Assembly (NCBI GenBank): GCA_030141605.1
Contig: JAQGDQ010000017.1
Coordinates: 930,001-994,000 of the forward strand
Direction of reading: 5' to 3'
Length of the DNA: 64,000 nucleotides
Origin: Tubiluchus corallicola
Lineage: Eukaryota > Animalia > Priapulida
Positions 13,168-28,100 of the stretch are shown here, one piece after another. Each line of letters opens with the position of its first letter. Position 1 is the stretch's first letter. The notes beneath the pieces were generated by a model that was given only the letters and a program-made list of their open reading frames with translations, searched no databases and had not been told where the DNA came from. Position numbers and translations under genes: made by a program.

Positions 13168-16100
13168 TCACCCAGGTTGCTGTGCAATCTTTCGATCTTT
13201 GCTGTGCTTTTTAAATGGCCTGTTTTCCCCCTTTGGGCAATGAGTATATTTCTTCTTAGGTGGAGGGGGAGAAGAAGTTTTTGGCTTATTCAGCATTTCT
13301 GTGCCAGTCCTGCAAAGACGTGTTGACACCTTTCAGTCTAAGCCTTTGCAAATCCTTGAAATGCTTCTTTGCCGATCAAAAATTATTACGTAACATATAT
13401 GAAAGACAATGAAATCATTGCAAATAATATTGTTTAAATGCCACAGCTTATTAGTCTGATAGGTTCATTTATGCTAGTGAATAAGTGAATAGTCTAAAAC
13501 AGAGCTATTGAAAATAAATTACTGTTTACATGACCGAGTTAAACACAGACGATATATGACATACTTGCAGTGCTTAAAGTGTATTTATTTAGGTAAGGGG
13601 CTTCATAGCGAAGCGAACAAGAAACAGCCAGGAGATCTAGGAGAACACTGTAAGCTACCGCAGTAGAGTCCAGGGCTTATATTTTCCTTTGAAACCTTTG
13701 ATGGCCGAAAAAAGGTCAGTTTTGTAAGTATTTTTTCAATCAGTGAAATAAATATTTTCATCCACTAGCTTTTATAGTTTACCTGGCATAAGTCTTGGCC
13801 TATTCAAACCGTTTAACTGCGAGAAATCACTGAGCAAACAAAATACAGCAAGGGCACTAGCTCCAATTTACATGTTAATACACTTCTGCCAAAGATAATC
13901 ATGCGTCTCACGCCAACTGATAAAAGCTAATTTCTGTTGCATCTAATTTTTCAAAAGTAAAATAACTTCAATAAAATGAGTTGACTTTAAAGTTTTTCTT
14001 TTTTTCTGAAAAGTTGCAACAACAATGAGGTACCCATATCGTCTACAGTTAAATTTTGTTGACTGAAAGACAGAAATTGTACTACTAACATGTGTTGCGG
14101 ATAGGCTTATAGGTAATTAAATGGTGAAAAACTAAATATGTAACTCGCCGAGACATCGTTTTCCCTTTAGGTGCAGGGTATGTAACTGCCTGTGACCCTG
14201 ACAGACCCACTGCACTTTAAGCACTGCACACTTGTTGTTAAATGAAGGTGGTTTTCATTTTCAATAAATTAGCTACATCTCTCTCAGATGCATGTAAATT
14301 ATTTACAACTTTCAAATTACAAATTAAAATAATCAGACATTTTGTATATGAAGTATGCAGTACGCACTTGAGTTCATAGATGCCCTATATTTTCTGCCAT
14401 TCCCTTGACTATTAGCCCTTGCCTATAAAATAAGTACCCGTAACACTATAAAGAATTACAAGACTACACTTTGCACTTAAACAAGCATTAATTTACAAAG
14501 CTTCCTTTTTTGTCCATAGATGGCACCAGCAGCTTTTGCATACTATGCTACATCAAATCTTTACACTAAAAACAGCTAAAACAGCTAGCCTTACCGCTCT
14601 AAAAGCACGTGGAGAGGTACCATCTTTCCCGTCCAATGAAATGCTTCTGCAGCTTTCTCTTTTCCCCAATCTTCATCATCATCATCACCTCCCAAAAGTC
14701 TCGGGGAAGCATTGACTTCACCGGTAGAAGCAACACTTGTGAATGAATAAACCTCGCTAACTGAAAAGGACACAAAAGGTGCACCAGAATAACCAAACAT
14801 TCCTGTGATGTATTTGATTATATATTAACTTAATTTTCCGGAATTATTTCTTGCATACTTTCTGCTATCCTGGCAAATACCAAATTTTAATTACCATCAG
14901 GCCTGGAACGATACATGGATGTATTGATGTATTGTGATATTTTTTATTTTTATTACAATATGCATATCGCCAAAGTGCACATGTATCGTCATACTCTGAG
15001 TCAATGATATTTAGCAAATTAGCAGATACGATGTGAAATAATTCAAACTGCAGCTGTAGAGTTTACTGTAGGGACATCACAATCGGTGCCGTGGGCAGTG
15101 GTTAACTTGCCACAGGCACTGCTAGCAGCCAAAGTGATTGAAAACACCAAGGTGTTTAATCTGTAGGAGAGTAATTACGTTGTTTACATATAAGTGTACC
15201 AGAAAATTCAACTTTTAAACCTAAAGTATTGTTAAGAAGACAGGTTTTGACTAACCCCATATAATGTTACTAATAGGTATGGTCGAGAAGCCCAGTAATG
15301 CAAATGTATCTGTATAAAACAGAATGCACGCCGTAATTTGATGATTCCAACCTGGCCTTTCTGTCTGTAAAGGTGAATGCTGTAGGTTTGCTGATTTTCA
15401 TACCAAAGTCTGTTCACATGTCATGAAGCTACTGGATGTGCATTAAAGTTTATTTTACATTCGCATTCTTTTTACTTTTCTCGTCTGTAGTACTTCATAA
15501 CTTGTATGCCGCTCTATACATCCTGAGATGGATCAGCATTGGACCACGGATCCGTTACAGTATTGATATATTTTGCTTTTCTGGTGGCTTACAATGCAAA
15601 CAACAGTCTACACACTATGCAAGTACTAAATAAATAATCAAATAGTTTGTGGAATTATTTTAGCATTTAGCAATCCTGAAACTGTTGATTGATAAAATAT
15701 GTTAAGCATTTATTATCAACGACTTCATCTGGTTTTTTTTATAAAACCTGCAAACTTTAACACTCCTGTATCATATCATAAGCTGGAGTCAATATATTTA
15801 TGTAAGTTCTGCATCGAGACATACACAAGAAAAATTGGTAGGTTGTACTTTTTTACACTTGCAGTTAAATACAAATTCTTTGCTATTACAGGAATAAAAG
15901 TGCTTTGTTCCAAGATGCAGGACAACTGCTGATAAATTCAATTTTTTTCCCTTGGGCTTCTTATCTCTGTAATTCTTTACAAAATAATTGTTTTGCTGCA
16001 AACTACAACCTCGCCTATTTCAACAAAAAAGCTATGGGTATCTAATGGCATTAGCAACTTAGAAAAATTACACTGGTCTCTGTTGTAGAAACAAACGGTA

Positions 16101-19100
16101 CCAAAAAACTGCATGATTAAAAGAGTGGCAAATCTTTCTTTTTTTACAAATTTCAAAAATCAAAAATGAGACTTAGAAGGCATGATTGTAAAGATTTTTT
16201 CATTAAATATTCTAAAAAAGTACATGCAATATTTATGTTTCTTAAATGCAGTAGAGTGTCTACCAGTATTCTCTTGCTGTGGCCCGCAGAACTTGCTATG
16301 CTGATTGTTATCATCGGACACGTCTCCATTCAGTTCCGGCTCCACCTCTCGAAACACTCTCCGGTTGTGCTCCCGCACGGAATCGAAAGACCTACCGGAC
16401 TCCACCCAATTCTGGACCAATTTCTCCGTCTCTCTGGCCACTTCGCGTGGAAGAATTTTTTCTGAAAAAAAATCAAGAATGGTCAAAAAATGACAAAAAT
16501 CCCCCAGATAATAGGGGTGTAAGATTCTAGATCCTCTGCTTTGAACTAGAAACTCTAGCTATGATAACTTCAGAGTTTTATGCTTTCTATACTAATTAAC
16601 TAATTAACGAAGATGGCAACTGAAAATCGCAGGTGTAATTCACCGAAGTTTCTTGTTGATCCAATAATTTGCTGCGCAAATATGAGCAGAAATGACTATT
16701 TAATTCATATGAGCACTACATTAACACATCACTAAAATGATCTTTTTAACTATCTCACAAGACAGAGCAATCTGTGAAAATTATTCTTAAAGAAAAGATT
16801 GACATTGCCGAAAAGAACAACCATACATGGTACAATTTTGTTATTATTTACAGTAAGTAACTCCTGTATATGCAAACATGTAGTGAATAGCAAACACACA
16901 TTAGAAACGAAGCTTTAACTCAAGGAGTCCTTGATACAATTATTTACTTTCACAACACCAGTATTTGCCAACACCAGGCACAAGTTCACATTGGAATTCA
17001 CGTGGGAACGAAGTACGCGAAAAGCAGAAAGTTACACGGTAACGCCAATAACAATGGCTACATTCTCGAGCAAAAAACCTCACGAAGGAAAAGTTGCTGT
17101 TGTCACAGGAGCAACTTATGGAATTGGATACAGTGTTGCAAGACGTTTAGCTCAAGATGGCGCTAGTGTCATGATCTGCAGCAGATCAAAGGAGAATGTC
17201 GACAAAACCGTTGAAACACTGAAATCTGAAGGACTAATAGTGAGAGGAATCGTTTGTGATGTTTTAGAGGAACGTGATTGGAAGTTATTAATCGATCAGA
17301 CGATAGCGGAGTTCGGAGGAGTGGACATTTTCGTCTCAAACGCTGGGGGTGCTGTTGATGGTGGCACTGGTCCAATGATGGATACCAACGAGGAAGCTTG
17401 GGACGCCATGATGAAATTTAATTTGAAGTCGGGATTTTTTATAGCTAAATTAGCTGCTGCCAGTATGGAGAGCAGAGGAGCCGGCAACATAATCTTCAAT
17501 GCATCCATTTGTGGATATCAAGCATGTGGTGGGTGCGAACTGCTGTCTGGAGGGGCCATGTACTCAGTGACAAAGACTGCCATTCTGGGTTTAGTTCAAG
17601 CCATGGCTCCACAATGTGCAGAAAAAGGAATACGCGTAAATGCAATAGCTCCTGGACTGATCCAGACACCGTTGACCAGTTTCTTGAAACAAGCGCCTGA
17701 GATTGAAACTAAGTTCATGGACCGCTGTCCCATAAAGCGTCTTGGACAGCCAGATGAAGTAGCAGGGATGGTTTCATTTCTCTGTTCAAACGATGCTAGT
17801 TACATCACTGGTGAAACGATTTGTATCAGTGGAGGTTTTCCTGTTAGGCTATAATTATTCCTTGACGATAGTGACATAGTATTAGTGACAAAATCTGACA
17901 ACGAAACAGTCACGACAGCATAAGACAATTAAAAAGGCTTTTAGCTTACCTGTAAGCAACAACATAATTGTACTGCTTGTGACATTCACAATGTTTTTGT
18001 TACATTTTACGCAGTAACTTAAAGACAGGATGATTTTTCATATACTACCCCATTTTCAAGTTTGATAAAAAGTGTATATCTTAACTTAATTTATACTGCA
18101 AAAGTGTTTCTGATAATTAAATAACATGTTAAAAACTTAATTAACTTAATTAATTGACATCACAAACTAATATAATTTTCAGCAGCATAAACATTCCACG
18201 AGCGTGTTGTATGTGTTTGCAAAAGTGAAAATTGAACGTCTGTAGTTCATCATAAGCTAACACGTCTGAACTGAAAAGTACAGCACCTGTTTTTTGTGCA
18301 ATGTGTTTCCGAAATGCAGGCGCTAGTGCCTGTCTAACTATCAAATGGCGAAATGCATGTAACAGCGAAGTACTAGCGGCGCAAGCTCAAAATTGTGTTT
18401 GTATGGTAATAATTTTTTCACGTACGTCATTTTTGAAAAATAATTATGTTCCCTTTCAATATCTTAATGAGTAGTTTGTTTTGACCTACAGTTTAAGATT
18501 GGGTGTGGTTTTGCTTTAAGACTTGAGTTACCTTTTGCTAACAAACCAGACTAAACCGATCAATAAAATATAGTGTATAATACTGTATCGTGTATATGCC
18601 TTGGCAGTCAAGAGGCCAAACAGTAAATTCATAGAGAGTCTACAAAACTAGCTGCTTCAGCATAAACTCATTTACAAACAATTTACTGCAGCAACAGTTA
18701 CTAAAGTGCATACAGATATTAATGATTACTATTACTAATGATAAATAGTTGAAAAAGAACTCAAAATCTAACCTTTTCTGGACTTCCTCCAGGGCATATT
18801 CACATCTTTCAATTTCTGCAACATGCATTCCACTCTCTCGTGCAAATCCACATCGGAAAGATCCACAGATCCGCTCACCAGTAGCTGAACCTCGCGCCGT
18901 GACAGATACGGACGATTCTGATGTGTCAGCTTGTTCTTAATCGTTTGTAATTCAATCTACAAAGAATATCAAACTTTCCTCAGTCTTCTCGTCCAACGTC
19001 ATTATCGTAAATACAGTAGGCGCTGCTTAATAGACTCAATCGCTCAAGTGACTCAAAAAAATGCCTGGTACAAGCCGCTTTTATTCAAATGTACTTAAAA

Positions 19101-22100
19101 ATTGTCGGTAATTGACTCAAATAACTCTGCATAATTGACTCAACATTTTTGCTTCACCTGCTTCAATAAGACACTTTTGTGTGACCAAAAGGCTTTTATG
19201 ACTTTTGTATCATCTTAGTTTGCTTTTGTCCTTTCATATACATAGAAAGAATCATGTTGAGTACCGTTTTGTTTGTAAGCTGGAACATTTATCATACGCT
19301 AATTATGCTAGCCTAATGGTTTGCTTTGACTAGCCCGTCCACTGCAATTAACATCGTTACGAAAGAATTCCTGGAAGCTAAACATTTAATCACATGCTTA
19401 GCGGTTTGCTTCTCAAGCTCTGGCTAGAAAGTTTAATTAGTTAGTTGTTGCTGTTATGCCAGGGACACAGGTACAGTCACGATAGCAAGCGGGAGCTTGG
19501 GCGAAACTCCAGACGAAGCTACTTGCGAGGAAACACGGGCACCACCAACAGTTTAAGCACGCCAAGTACCAAGTTTTTTACGAAATTTGTGCATCATACA
19601 ACAACAGATTTTCAACGTTTTTATCATTATGAGAACTTTGTGAGCCAACCTCTTTGCGATAAAACGAAGCAGCCGATTTTGAAGGAATTTTTGTAATTTT
19701 TGCAAATAAACAGGACTTGTGTGATTTAGAAAAGTATACTTTTTAATTTATTGCTAATTTGCTTATATAAATTAATATTTTAAAATATTTTTTTCTAATT
19801 TTTAACTGCACAAAGGAATTTAGGCATTACTTTGTTTCTAAAATTATTAAAAACCTTTGTAGTGCATACTAAGCTGGTGACTCACACTTTCATACCAGTA
19901 ATACTACGCCTAACAGTTAATAGGTTCAGTTGGTTAATTGGGTCAAAACGCTTCGGTCCCAAAGTGAGTCTATTAAGCGGCACCTACTGTATTAGAATTA
20001 ATTGTAAAAGCAATCACAAAGCCAAATAAGAAAACCAACAGCAATGTTCGACTACATTAACAAGCAATCATATGTAATTTACAGAAATTATAACTGAACT
20101 GAAAAAAGACCATAAAAAAACAAAATGAAATGAATAAGAGTAACAAACATGTTTTTTTTACTTGTTTATGTGTATGAGTATTCAAGTAGTTTTTATGGCT
20201 GTATATAAAACTTCTAATAGTGGTTTGACTACGCATCTCATTTGTGCAAATGTACACACTTTTGAAAAGCAATTCTGGAGTTATAGTATCATTTTTGGTT
20301 TTCTACTTAGAGTGCAAAACTAGGGAAACAATTTACCTTAATTAATACAAGAAAGCCACAGCCTTTTTCGTCACAGTATGTGTGCATAACAACAAGAAGA
20401 AAGTTAATAAACAATTTTCAAGACAAATAAGATGACGAATCTAATAAAATGAAGCAAACAACCAAAAATGAAAGAAAATGCATTCCTTGTCCACCCGACC
20501 AACCTACTAACCAACCGAGCAACTAACTAGTCACTAAATCAATATGAAATCAATGAAACAGAAAATTACACAAAAGCTACCTCTAGCGTACGAGCCTCAC
20601 GTTGCTCATCTGTCAACCCAGAATCAATGCGGTTGTACACGTAGTCTTCACAACCTTGACCAAAGTCTTTCCACATGTCCTCATGTATCTTGTTGCGCAG
20701 TGCTGTGTAGAGATGAGGTACTAGAGCTAGAACATCTGACGCAGCGTAATCAATCATCTGACTTGTCAGTGGTCGACGATCCCAGTAACTATAGTAGTAG
20801 TGCAAGTGACAGTTTTAAAGTTGATGTTTAAAGTTAACTGTAAAATTTTTGATTGAATTCAAAATTGTATTAAGAGAAGTAAACGTTTTAATGCGATCAG
20901 ATGTTAGGACACCATTCATGTATTTTACGGTAAATTTTAAGATAGTTATTATTATTATTCCATTGTTATATTATTGTATCACATCTGCTAACTTTGTATG
21001 TACTGTAAACATTTTTTTATAGGTATTTAAATGTATGTATATCTATTTGTGGTTGTTTCTATTTATATTACTTTATTTTATATATTGTATTTATATTACT
21101 TTATTTCTTCTGCACTTCTGTCTAGTGTACATACACATGCACGGTGAGGAATCATGTATCATGCATCAGTTTTAAAAACTGTCTAATCATAACCAAATAA
21201 ACTATGCTTAAACTAATAATGCTGTGGTTCCTAACCTTTTACTAGCCAAGTACACTTTTGAATTTAGCGATCTGCTGCATACCCCTTAACCATTTTTCAG
21301 CAATATGAATTTCAAGAAAACATTTTTTATTAATATTGTGCACTTTTATTAGCCTTTAACTTAATTTTGAAAACAAACAAAATAAGAAAAAAATCTCTCT
21401 ACTTATACTCCTTCTTTAAAGCCCTTGTTTTCAATTTACACGTGTATTTATTTGCACTCCTTCTTAAAAGCACTTATTTTCAATTTACGCAAGTATTTAT
21501 TTGTAGTATTCTCTCTAGTTGAATTGTGAAGTAGCCTCAATGGCTGCCTCGTTGATGTAGGCTTTTCAGAAAACCGTCATCCGCCAATGCATTTGCTGTG
21601 CAAAACATCTATTTTCCATAACAAATTAACCCCGTTATAATGCCAGGCAGCGTAACATGTTACACAACACAACTTTCACGTACCCCTGGCTTAGCTGTTT
21701 TGAACCCCCACTTGGTACTCGTTCCACAGATTAGGAACCACCGTAATAATGGAATAAATCATTGAATTAGTAAAGCAACATGAATAAATTTAATTAATCT
21801 ACGAAAGTTTTTAACGTTTATCTCCTAGTTTGTTGCAACTTGCTCAAGAACAAAAGTTTTGTAAATTACCCCTAAGCTTATAAGTAGTGGGTGCAATTAA
21901 AGCTGTACACCAAAGCAGACATTACTTCCTTTATTAGATGGTAATGACATACAAGCTGAGCAGCAATTTAAAACAACTCAAGTGCTTAAATATGAGTTTG
22001 AAAATCGTACATTTCCTGTAAGTCAAATGTTTTTTCAAATATTTACAACATTACAGATAGTGGTCTCAAGAACAAAATTACAAATTCCATTACTTGGTCC

Positions 22101-25100
22101 ATTGCATTTGCCATAAATGTTTATCATAAAAATAAACAATTAATTGTCAGGCAAAAATGTGAGATTTTGACTGCAGAATAATTTGCAAAAATAAAGTTTT
22201 AATAAAGATTTTCAGCAAAATTGGACAAGCTGACATCTTTACAAGCACATTTACTGAAAAACATATTGTTTAGAAACTTGACATTCTCGGTAGAGGAAAT
22301 TGACTAATGCATTTGATTAATCAATACAAGATGTAATAAGCAATTAATGATAAAAAGTACCGCTTGTTCTTCTTCATTTCGATTTTAACTTCGACTTTGC
22401 AGTGGTTCTTTGGCGTACCGTACTTGTCGCACAACGCATTTAGCGATTCTTGCTTTTGTTCGCTGGCTATAAGCCCGTTCTCTTGTTGAAGAATGATTTG
22501 GTGTGCCACCTAAAACAAAAACCTAATGAGTATTTCATTTTTAGCAAAGAATTGGCCTTTGAAAATGTAGTTCTAATGATTTGCTTGTACTGAAGCTCAT
22601 GTAATTTGTTTTGTGTTTTAATGATATCAAAGCTTCTGGAGGGATTTCTAACTTCAAAATTTGCAGAAGTTGGTGCATTCAAGACTGATTTCTATGAAAG
22701 GAGTGGAAATCCCTATGACCCGGAGGAGTCATAATGGAGTTACAAGCTAAAGCTAGCTAATGTAATAGCTACACATGTCCATTGCAATTACCCATACAAG
22801 CAGTTCTATGTTTGTTAATAGAACTTGTTTCGCATAAAAGTTATCCAAGCATGTTTGCAGAATGTATACAAAAATATCTTTGTTGAAAAGTATGTGCTTG
22901 ACATTACTTCTATCACACAGAAGCTAAAAAATCAATCAATAATACAAGTCAATTTCTAATATAGGCAGTTAAAAGTACAAATAGATTTCAGTGCAGCAGC
23001 TCCAATGCTGCTTACCGCGGCATCACATCCAAACAAGTAAGAATTTGTGAACATTTAGGTATTTTGTCTAGAATTGACAAGAAATTAAAAAATTCTCCTC
23101 AAGTATTAGTGACCATATTTGTGCTTCTGGCCACAAATGCTTTTTAATAATTTCAGCATTGTGACCAGAGCTACAAATAACTGGGACTTATTAATAAAAG
23201 AAAGTTTGTCCATGTACCCTAATAAGCATTCTCTTAATGTACAAAGAAGTTCAATTCCTTTCTGCTTGATCATTACCTGTTTGGCTTTTGTAAATACATT
23301 ATTAGTGTATAATGTTTTATACTGTAGGCTCTGTTTTTATAAACTGGTTGTATGTTAGTAAAATTTGACACTGATGATGACAGCAGTAGCTCTGTCAAAA
23401 CGTTTGGCATGATTTTTAACAATGTAAGTAAGTTTTAATAAATTTGTGGGTATTTTAACAATAAAAATCAATAAATTCCACAGTTTGCATTTCCCGCCAG
23501 GAATTTCTGTTGATATGATCAAACCAAAGCTGTTAAGCTCCAAAAACAAAATCTAACGAAAACAAAGACAGCCTGAGCAGATTTTGTTATACTCGAAGCA
23601 ACAGACCTTTGCACAAACCCTACAAATGGCCACAAAAGTGCCAATTCCTTGCAATTATGAGCAGCCTCAACTGTATTCAAATTAAAAACATCAATTTTGT
23701 TATTTAATGCAGAACTTTATTCCCATTCAACAAGTGAATTACTACACAGTAACGTGAAAATCACGATGCAATCATGAGAGGTGTAACTTCTATTCGAGTT
23801 AATAACATCAAATTTTTTGTTCTTTAACTTATAACTTTATTTCAAGTTAAAACAAAAGAATTAGTGATGCACGGTTATTTATGATTTCAAAAATGATTAT
23901 TGCAGAAAAGACTTCTAGCTCCATTGCAAACTAAGACCCACAACATCAGTCCTTTCAATTCTTTCAGCTGTATTTAATAGCGCAAACAGGAAAATGGGTT
24001 GTAATGATAAGAGACACGTCCACTAATAAAGACGTACTTTATCTACAAATGCATATAAGCAAAATAGATTTACATGGCCTTGCTATAAATCACAATAACT
24101 GGCAGGAAAAGGTCAATAATCATTTTAAACTATAGCAAGCAGTATGTGATACATACATAAATGATTACCTGAGTATCGAAAACATTTTGCATTGTGATAT
24201 CATACTGTATATACAGGGCAGCTGAGTCACAACGGCAATCGTGAAACACCTTGACCACTTTATTCGACTCTAGCAATTGTCGCAGTCCGCTCCGATCCAT
24301 CAGCCGGCAGGGGGAGAGGAGATCGAAAATGTAAACAACATCATCTTTGGTGGCAATCTGTAGCAGACTTAACGCATTTTTGCGAAAGAGATTCAGTCCC
24401 TCACAGTCGACTCCCAAAACCTGGAATGAAGTTTGGCAAGTGTTGGAAATGGAGAACGAATTAAACATCCATTTAATTGACAAAAAGCTTTGTTAATTTT
24501 AAATGAAGAATTTGTCACACAGAGTCACAAGCCAAAGAGAGAAAATTTTGAATGAGCAAATAAAAATAATTTCAACTATAAAAATTTAAAAGTTATAGTT
24601 AACTATCATCTTAAGGTAAATAAAATAAAGGTATTTTAGTATTTTATTTTATCTGCTAATTATGTTATAGCAATCTAAAAAAATAATTTTTGTGCTAGCC
24701 AGCAAAATCGTCTATAAGTCGGCAATTAAGCTTTTCTAGTTATTCACATATCCTGAATCTGTATTTCATGCAAATTATTTTGATACAAAGCTCATCACAC
24801 TATGTTATATCTAAGCTGAAATAATCCACATTGAAGTTGATGTGCAGGCTGCACACTGAAAAACACTTAGCAGCCGCAGAAATGTCGGTTGTTACGCACT
24901 TTGCAAAAACACATTAATGTTATGTTTAAATCTAGTAGATGGCTCTTTCTACAAAGATCTGGGCTTGTCAACAGAAAATACCCGACGCAAAATGATTGCT
25001 TCCATAAGCTACTACCGGTGTTTGAAAATACAAGTTTTTTTTACAATTGCAGTCCTAGAATCTAGACAGAAAAGTGAGTTTGGGGATATAAAATTAAATT

Positions 25101-28100
25101 TTAGTATTTTTTAAACAAGTTGTTTTCTTGATAACTTGGTGCTAGAATATAAAAGTCCAAGTTATAAAAAAACAAAAAATTACGTTTGACCAATTTTTGG
25201 TGCATTCTACTTTGAAGCATCATAACCCGGTTTTAACTATGCCGACTTGTGGACGGTTTTGGCTTGCAAGCACACATTTACTGATTTCTCGTGTGCTTCT
25301 CTTTTTTATTTTTCACTTGAAGTAAAATAATATCATTTTCTTTTTATTTAATTATTTTAGTGAGATTTTTCCATTATTGTGATATGAATATTTTATAGAT
25401 TTTAGTTCAAGTAGGCCATAGAAATGGTATTACCTACTACATATGTACATGTACTAAAAATATATGGGTAGTATTTTACTTACTTCTTCTTTAAACAGTT
25501 TATTGACAGCTACTTGGCTCTCCTTAAGTTTGCTTATAATGTGAATGGAGTGTGTTGACTTTTTCCGGGTTTTATCAAGCTCCGATGTGTGTGGAGAAGA
25601 ATCATGTGGATCAGCTTCTGCTGTGTTTTCCCTGTCTTCATTGGCTGGCGACGTCAAGTATCCACTTCCACTTGCATTCAAAGTCGAAGAGTCCGTGGTG
25701 CTATCTACATCTTCACGCTCTTCTCGTATATGCAGATTTTCACCTTTCATTTTATCTTCTTGAGCAGAATCATTATCAGTATTTGTTTGATCTCGATTTC
25801 TTGAACAAGTTCCTTGCCTGCCTAAATCCAAACGCTCTTCACTTTGATGATGTGACCAGTCCAGTCGTTGTTGCACACGCTGTAGTACTACTACATCATC
25901 GCACTCCTTATTCTTGTCCACTACTATTTCTTCAGTCTCTGCTTCAAAAGCACCCTGATTCGGCTGTTGAACTGTAGAGTTTATAGAATTTTTACAAGCA
26001 AGTTCTTTTGAATCTTCAACCAGCAACACTTTTAGTTTGATCTGTTTTTCAGTGTTCACACAATTCCGAATGCCTATTTCTGCGTGTTCTTCTTGCTTTT
26101 GCAAACTGGCAAAATTTGGTTGTTGCAGTCTTGGACTGATTATGAACTCCAATGGTGTAGTATGTTGTTGTTCAGAATGCTGTGGTTCACACGACTGTTC
26201 CGTACTTTGTGCTGATGACTTATTGTGAGATTCACTCCTCGGTGACTTGGATTCGCTATCCTGTTGGCACTCATCCAACCGGAGATGATACATTTGTTTT
26301 TCAACACTCGCATCATAACGTTTTTCGAATGGTGACTGCATATTTTCTTCTTGATTTGCATTTGTAGTCATTTTTTCCAACTGTACACTGTACAAAGGCC
26401 GTTGAGAATTCACACTACTGTTAAGCAGTGACTGCTCTGGGCCTGAGTGGTATAATGAGTGTGTTGAACTGAAACGACGTGGCTTTATTTCCTCCAACTG
26501 CCCATTATAAATGAGATTGCATGGTTGCAGATCATGTTTCTGATACTGAACTTGTGCAGCCGGTAACAGATGTCCATTGCCTTTCTGCTGAAACTGCATG
26601 TAAGAATTAGTCTGGTGATTCTGTATTTGAGAGTATACGTTTGGCTGAACTGGTTGCAAGTTAAATTCTGCCTGTTGTGCACCATAGTTTTGGAATTGCT
26701 GTGGCAGTACAGTGGGCTTTTCTTGTGGAAGCATTGAATCTTGTTGTAGAGGTACATGCCATGACCAGGGCTGGTTGTTGTACTGTAAGCATTGTGTAGT
26801 CTGCTTCTGCTCTTGAAAACCATTATATTGCTGTTGCTGTCCAAATTGGTACCACTGCACCTCTTCAGGAGTGCCACTTGGTCGTCGCTCTCTTTCGAAG
26901 CTTTGAAAATATGGAGCATCAGCAGAAAAAAATGACTGCTGTTGGTCTTGGGTGTGACTCCACAAAGGATTAGCCTGAAACTGTCGTTGAGTATTTTGAC
27001 TTTGCATGTGTCTTAAGCAGTATGTTGGCCGCCCTGAGGCTGGCTGTTCTATTGGCTTTGTGCCATACTGTTGTAAGACACTTGGTTTTCTCTCATAGCT
27101 GTTATACTGTTGGTATGGAACAAGTGACCTACTCGCTGTAGCCAGAGGATCTGTAATGTCTTTAAACATAATTTGGCTGGAAGTGCCTTCAGCTAGCGGA
27201 GAATTAAAAGAACTTTCATAACTCACATCAGCATTAGGAAACTGGTTAGGAAGTTCAGGATAATATACTGCAGTTTGTGGTGCAGAATTTGGCACATACT
27301 GATTGCAATTAGATCTGGAGATAGGGTGAAAATCCATGTCTGTATTTGCCACATAATATGGATATTCTGATGGCTGACTTGCATCAGCAAGGTGTACACT
27401 ATATGGTCCATTTTCGACAGATTCCTTCGGCCATTCCCATGAGTTATATTTCATATAATAATTTGAGTCTCTGTCATACTTAATGCCAAAATTCTCAGGC
27501 TTGTGAGTTTCTGGTTTACATTCATTGGTCCTATCTATCCTGTGTACTGATGGCAAGACAGTATCTCCGCCTGACTGCAAGTTCTGTATCACACTGTTTT
27601 CCACGACGTTCGAATGTGGTACTTCATAATGAGAATTATAGTAATCAGTATTATTCTGCAACAAATATGGGGAATTCACTTCACAGTAGTTGTTCTCATT
27701 GGCTGGAAAACTTGCATTTATGGTAATATCTAGAGGTTCGTGGACAGCAAGAAAAGAGCCTTCTGCAGGTTGGTTTTTTAAATATGTTCTAGCATCGCCA
27801 CCACACAAATCAGGTTGCTGCCTTTGTTCGATCTGAACATGACTTTTGTAATCCACAAAAATACTATCAGCTTGATTAGCTAATCCCAAACCAGTTTTAT
27901 TGCATTTCAGGCTGAGCATATTGTTGGCAGATGTTTCCACATAATCTTCGGCAACATTCTGGTTGAGTGACATTTGTCTAACACCTATTCCTGCAGCATT
28001 ACGCATAGGCCTTGATGTATTCGTGGATGTCACTCCAGAGACAACCATAGCATAGCTTCTCTTACTAGTGTTTGCTGTACTAGAAGGTGTACTTTCCATT

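Noticed and set aside
16931-17053. 41-aa N-terminal extension of the SDR in the ORF track
   Set aside because: It starts at TTG; the first ATG in good context (ACAATGG) is at 17054, where SDR similarity begins
17054-17854. Bacterial horizontal transfer as the origin of the intronless SDR
   Set aside because: Motifs resemble animal DHRS4/DHRS2, so retrocopy is simpler; phylogeny would be needed to revive the idea
25545-27411. Overlapping and antisense short ORFs within the large exon (also 3883-5229, 40477-40839, 41708-42463)
   Set aside because: Shadow frames of real coding exons with no independent support
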